From Minisyncoccota bacterium (lineage in GTDB: Bacteria; Patescibacteriota; Minisyncoccia; Phycocordibacterales; CAJBRS01): 64,000 bases of DNA. Where the stretch lies: positions 59,639 through 123,638 of the forward strand of contig JADGRH010000001.1 in NCBI GenBank assembly GCA_017881075.1, written 5' to 3'. Below, piece by piece: positions 59,711-64,000 of this stretch (position 1 is its first letter; every line of letters starts with the position of its first letter). Made by a program: the position numbers and the translations under genes. The notes beneath the pieces were generated by a model that saw nothing but the letters and a program-made list of their open reading frames with translations, had not been told where the DNA came from and made no database searches.

Positions 59711-61434
59711 TGGAATTTTTCGATCAATTTTGCTATTTTAATTGTCTCCGCATTTCCTTTGTCACGGCTCTCTAGTGTTACGGTCTGCGACCCAACCTCT
59801 TTGTCACCAATGACGGCCATGTAGGGGACTTTCTCTACCTTTCCTTCTCGTATCTTCTTGCCGAGACTTTCATTAGAATCATCCAACTCCGCTCTGATGC
59901 CGGCGCTTTTCAATTGCTGAAATACTTCGCCGGCATACTCTTGATGTGTCTCACCAATAGAGAGGATCTTTATCTGAACAGGGGAGAGCCAGAAGGGGAA
60001 TGCACCGGCGTAATGTTCGATCAAAAAACCGATGAATCTCTCATGAGTACCAAGAGGGGCGCGGTGAATGCAAAGAGGAGTTTCCTTTTCTCCTTTAGCA
60101 TTAACATAATTTAAATCGAATCGTTTTGGTACCGAAAAATCTACTTGATTAGTAGCCAGAGTAAACTCCCGGCCAATAGCACTCCAAACTTCCACGTCAA
60201 TCTTAGGGCCATAGAAAGCCGCTTCGTTGGCTATTTCTACATAAGGAATTTTTGATTCCACCAAAACATCTCGAACCATTTTTTCCGTTTCAATCCAGAG
60301 CAGAGGCTCATCAACATATTTCTCGCCCAGTCTGGCCGGATCATGAGTGGAAAAACGCATCTGATATTTTTCTATACCAAAAATCTTAAAATATTTAAGA
60401 TACATTTCATTTACTTGTCGAAACTCTTCCGCAAATTGATCCTTACTGCAATAAATATGGGCATCATTCATTTGCATAGAACGCGTCCTCATGATGCCGA
60501 AAAGTTCTCCCGATTTTTCCTGCCTGTAAACAGTGCCATATTCAGCCAGGCGCAGAGGTAGGTCTTTATAACTCGGATGCATCGCCGCAAATATTTTATG
60601 ATGATGCGGACAATTCATGGCCTTTAGATAATACTTTCCGCCCTCATATTCCATTGGTGGAAACATGCTCTCCTGGTAATAGGGAAGATGGCCGCTTTTT
60701 ATATACATTGATTCCTTGGCGATGTGAGGTGTGCGAACTCTTTGGTATCCTGCTTCAAACTCTGTTTCTTTGGCAAGCTTTTCCAGCTCCTCAATAATAA
60801 TGGCTCCGTTCGGAAGCCAGAGCGGCAGCCCTGGCCCGGTATCTTCATCAAAAACAAAAATTTTTAATTCACGGCCGAGTTTTCGATGATCTCGTTTTTC
60901 GGCCTCAATCTGTTGTTTCTCATAATTTTCCAATTCTTCTCTTGTTTCAAACGCTAACCCATAAATACGAGTGAGCATTTTGTTTTTCTCGTCTCCGCGC
61001 CAATAGGCACCGGCGATGTGGGAGAGCTTAAATGCATCAATATTGACATCCTGCATGTTGTCAACGTGTCCGCCGCGACAGAGGTCGGTGAATTTTCCAG
61101 CAGTGTAAAGAGTGATCGGCTCCTTTTTGGCGACAATCTCATCAATCAATTCCAGTTTGTAGGGATTGTCGGTGAATAGGGCCCTCGACTCGCTCGGGCT
61201 CACTTCTTTATGCTCAAACCCTTTCCACCCATTATAAATTTTCTTCATCTTCTTCTCGATCTCCTTCAGGTCTTTATCCGAAATAGGGGACACGAAATCA
61301 AAGTCGTAATAGAACCCATTCTCAATAGCTGGCCCGATAGTATTTAAAGCATCAGGATGCAATTCCAAAACTGCCGCCGCAAGCAAATGTGCCAGCGAAT
61401 GTCGCATTTTAGCCAGTTTGTCGTTTGAATCCAT
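59686..61434 (-). CDS. thrS: Threonyl-tRNA synthetase (lacks N-terminal TGS domain)
   Basis: RHSLAHLLA, DLCRGGH, AGAYWRG, RDHRKLG, MNCPHH, AFYGPKID, HRAPLGTHERF. Confidence 0.97.
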   Translation of the reverse strand: MDSNDKLAKMRHSLAHLLAAAVLELHPDALNTIGPAIENGFYYDFDFVSPISDKDLKEIEKKMKKIYNGWKGFEHKEVSPSESRALFTDNPYKLELIDEIVAKKEPITLYTAGKFTDLCRGGHVDNMQDVNIDAFKLSHIAGAYWRGDEKNKMLTRIYGLAFETREELENYEKQQIEAEKRDHRKLGRELKIFVFDEDTGPGLPLWLPNGAIIIEELEKLAKETEFEAGYQRVRTPHIAKESMYIKSGHLPYYQESMFPPMEYEGGKYYLKAMNCPHHHKIFAAMHPSYKDLPLRLAEYGTVYRQEKSGELFGIMRTRSMQMNDAHIYCSKDQFAEEFRQVNEMYLKYFKIFGIEKYQMRFSTHDPARLGEKYVDEPLLWIETEKMVRDVLVESKIPYVEIANEAAFYGPKIDVEVWSAIGREFTLATNQVDFSVPKRFDLNYVNAKGEKETPLCIHRAPLGTHERFIGFLIEHYAGAFPFWLSPVQIKILSIGETHQEYAGEVFQQLKSAGIRAELDDSNESLGKKIREGKVEKVPYMAVIGDKEVGSQTVTLESRDKGNAETIKIAKLIEKFQKENSGRL

Positions 61435-61461
61435 ATTTCAGAATATTAACATATTTATTTC

Positions 61462-61586
61462 TGTCATTCCCGTGAAGACGGGAATCCAGGTCTTCCTCCC
61501 CTCCTCAGATGAGGAGGGGATTGAGGGGTGGTTGAAGAATCTTAATTTCAGACCACCCCCTGCCCCCTCCTTGTCTAATGAGGGGG
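61462..61586. repeat. Cluster of REP-like hairpins (ATTCCC-N8-GGGAAT and CCCCTCCT..AGGAGGGG types)
   Basis: gtcATTCCCgtgaagacGGGAATcca at 61463-61488; cccctcctc-agat-gaggagggg and an inverted partner accaccccctgccccctcc. Confidence 0.75.
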
Positions 61587-61620
61587 TTTCAAAACGGAGT
61601 CAAAAACTGGCTTTGACACA

Positions 61621-64000
61621 TCATAATTCTTTAATCGCCTCCGCGATCATGCTGGTCTCGCCGTTGCGGTCGGACATCCGGCCTTTGACCGCAATGCATT
61701 TTTCCAGTGCGATAAAAGATTTGTATTTCTCACAAGTCTTTGGAAACACCACCACCTCAATATTTCCGGAGAAATCGGCGATCTTCAGGAAATACATATT
61801 TTCTCCTTTTTTAGTCCTCACCTCTTTTAATTCTTCTACAATACCTTCAACTACGCCGAGCATCCCTTCTCTTAACTCCGCTTTCGTCTTGGCGATATTT
61901 GTTTGTTTTTTCTCTAGCTGTTCTTTGAATTTATCCAAAGGATGACCGCTGATGTAAAGGCCGAGAAGCTCCTTTTCCCAGATGAGCTTCTCGGCCGCCG
62001 TTGCTTCTGGCGCCGCCGAGAGGCGCAAGGATGGTAGGGAAATGCTCGCTCCCAGAGCCCCGAATAATGACTCCTGATTAGTTGGAGCGCGATGTGTTTC
62101 CTTATTGTATTGAATAATGTCTTCAATATTGGCAAGTAACTGGCCTCTTTCGCCGAAGTGATCCATCGCCCCCGCCTTTATCAAAGCTTCCAATGATTTT
62201 TTATTTAAATTTTTATCGCTTACTCGGTTCAGCAAATCCTCCAGAGATTTGAACTTACCGCCCTTCTTCCTCTCATTGATAATGGAATGAGCAATGCCTT
62301 CGCCGAAATTCTTGATGGTCGTTAGGCCGAAACGAATTTGATCTGGCGGTAAGGAAGTCTGACTTCCCTTAGGAAGTCTGACTTCCTTACCGCTCTTTAT
62401 CACCGTAAAATCCTCAAAACTTTCATTGATATCCGGCGGCAGAACGGGGATCCTCATTCGTTTGCATTCCGTGATGATCTCCGAGATCTTCTCCACATCT
62501 CCCGATTCTGCCGTCATCACTGCAGCCATATAAATACATGGGAAGTTGGCCTTCATGTAAGCGGTCTGGTAAGCCACCTTGCCGTAGCTGGCAGCATGGG
62601 CTTTGTTGAATCCGTAGGCCTGAAAAGGTTCAAAAAGTTTCCATAATTTCTCGGCAAAATCTTTTGTCTGACCCTTCTTGATGATACCCTCGATCAATTT
62701 TTCTTTTTGAGCGGCCATTTCTTTTGGAATTTTCTTACCCATAGCCTTTCGGAATTTATCCGCCTCGAGCCAGGAGTAGCCGGCAAGCTCTATGGCGCTA
62801 AGGAGTACGTCGTCCTGATAGACAATAAGACCATAAGATTCCTCCAGATATTTTTTCATTCGGGGATCGGGGTAGGAAATAAGATTCGGATTATTTTTTC
62901 TTCGGACATATTCCGGGATCACTTCCATCGGGCCGGGGCGATAGAGAGCCACCATGGCGTTAATGTCGTGAATGGTGGAAGGTCGAAGGTCTTTCAAGTA
63001 ACGGGTCATGCCGGAGCCGTTCAACTGAAAGAGTCCGGCCGTTTCTCCTTTGGCTAGAAGTTCAAATGTTTTCTTATCATTTAAAGGAACGTTTTCAATA
63101 TCAATATCAATTCCCTCAATGGTTTTCACCAGAGAGACGGAGTCGGCTAAAATGGCAAGATTTCGGATACCGAGAAAATCAAATTTTAAAAGCCCGGCAT
63201 TACTTTCATCTACAGAATGCATGTCGTATTGGGTGATGATCTTACCCTCATCTAATCCGGCGCTTTTCGGATCAAATTGTAGCGGCACAATTTCAGTCAG
63301 AGGAATAGGGGAGATAACCACTCCGGCGGCGTGAACGCTAATGTGTCTTGCCAAGCCTTCAATTTTTTTAGCCATGTCAATGATCGTTGCCACATCTTTG
63401 TCTTGTTGGTAAAGCTGTTTCAGCTCCGACACTTTCGCAAAGGCCCGATCAATGGTCATGGGAAATCCTTGGGCGCCGATAGGAATTAATTTTGAAATTT
63501 TGTCACCCACGTCGTAAGGGAAGCCGAGAGCCCGGGCAACGTCACGCACCGCTCCGCGGGCCATCATCGTTCCGAATGTTCCAATTTGCGCCACTTTGTC
63601 TTTTCCATATTTCTCTTTAGCATAAGCAATAACTTCATCACGACGATTGTCGGCAAAATCCATATCAATGTCCGGCGCCGATGGTCGCTCAAGATTAAGG
63701 AATCTTTCAAAAGGTAATTTATATTCAAGTGGGTCTACATTGGTAATACCGGCGAGATATGTGACTATGGAACCGGCGACAGAACCTCGGATAGTGGTCA
63801 GGATCTTGTTCTCGTGTGCAAAACGCATCAGGTCGGACACTACCAGGAAATAGGAGGCATAGCCCTTCTTTTCAATGATATTCAGTTCGTATTCAATCCT
63901 TTCTTTTACCTTTTCCGATAGTTCCAATTTCCGCCTTTCAAGACCGCTATATACAAGCTCGCGCAATTCCTCATCGATCGATTTGCCTTTTGTCGCTTTA
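61621..64000 (-). CDS. dnaE: DNA polymerase III alpha subunit (5' part outside window)
   Basis: RGSVAGS, FERFLN.ER...PDIDMDF, HAAGVVI, LLKFDFLG, YGFNKAHA, EKELLGLYISGHPL, C-terminal OB fold. Confidence 0.97.
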   Translation of the reverse strand, partial: KATKGKSIDEELRELVYSGLERRKLELSEKVKERIEYELNIIEKKGYASYFLVVSDLMRFAHENKILTTIRGSVAGSIVTYLAGITNVDPLEYKLPFERFLNLERPSAPDIDMDFADNRRDEVIAYAKEKYGKDKVAQIGTFGTMMARGAVRDVARALGFPYDVGDKISKLIPIGAQGFPMTIDRAFAKVSELKQLYQQDKDVATIIDMAKKIEGLARHISVHAAGVVISPIPLTEIVPLQFDPKSAGLDEGKIITQYDMHSVDESNAGLLKFDFLGIRNLAILADSVSLVKTIEGIDIDIENVPLNDKKTFELLAKGETAGLFQLNGSGMTRYLKDLRPSTIHDINAMVALYRPGPMEVIPEYVRRKNNPNLISYPDPRMKKYLEESYGLIVYQDDVLLSAIELAGYSWLEADKFRKAMGKKIPKEMAAQKEKLIEGIIKKGQTKDFAEKLWKLFEPFQAYGFNKAHAASYGKVAYQTAYMKANFPCIYMAAVMTAESGDVEKISEIITECKRMRIPVLPPDINESFEDFTVIKSGKEVRLPKGSQTSLPPDQIRFGLTTIKNFGEGIAHSIINERKKGGKFKSLEDLLNRVSDKNLNKKSLEALIKAGAMDHFGERGQLLANIEDIIQYNKETHRAPTNQESLFGALGASISLPSLRLSAAPEATAAEKLIWEKELLGLYISGHPLDKFKEQLEKKQTNIAKTKAELREGMLGVVEGIVEELKEVRTKKGENMYFLKIADFSGNIEVVVFPKTCEKYKSFIALEKCIAVKGRMSDRNGETSMIAEAIKEL
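62346..62393. repeat. REP doublet inside dnaE CDS
   Basis: Two tandem GGAAGTC-T-GACTTCC units within perfect outer arms GCGGTAAGGAAGTC/GACTTCCTTACCGC. Confidence 0.85.

Noticed and set aside
61418-61945. 175-aa plus-strand ORF across the thrS-dnaE spacer
   Set aside because: It is antisense to dnaE and reads through REP hairpins; no protein-like features.

Overview
This looks like a chromosomal segment of a small-genome bacterium, probably Patescibacteria/CPR (Parcubacteria-like). That call is inferred from the gene set: split transketolase, short RF1 and ThrRS, fused PheRS and many low-complexity surface proteins. Bases 1-9.6 kb hold the 3' part of a giant (>3,190 aa) surface or tail-fibre-like protein with a C-terminal peptidase-S74 autochaperone. 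Its variable domains are separated by a 24-bp motif (GGCAACGTCGGCATCGGGACGACG) conserved at the DNA level: 12 exact and 5 one-mismatch copies. One duplicated module starts and ends at this motif and another ends at it, which suggests an in-frame cassette-shuffling system; this is the top finding. Two REP-associated tyrosine transposases (RAYT) carry their own palindromic REPs, and related palindromes sit in frame inside transketolase, DnaE and the giant gene. The rest comprises glycolysis/pentose-phosphate genes; translation genes (rplY, rpmE, prfA, rpsB, tsf, tRNA-Thr, mitochondrial-type PheRS, thrS); gyrB and dnaE; a VKOR/FMN-bind/ApbE/RnfD-FNR flavinylation redox module; an ECF-MarR-MacAB-uppP envelope module; a CdaA-YbbR fusion; a sortase with two substrates sharing an extended sorting signal; and a run of individually promoted and terminated orphan genes that includes a divergent MreB. 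All calls come from reading motifs by eye; no searches were run.
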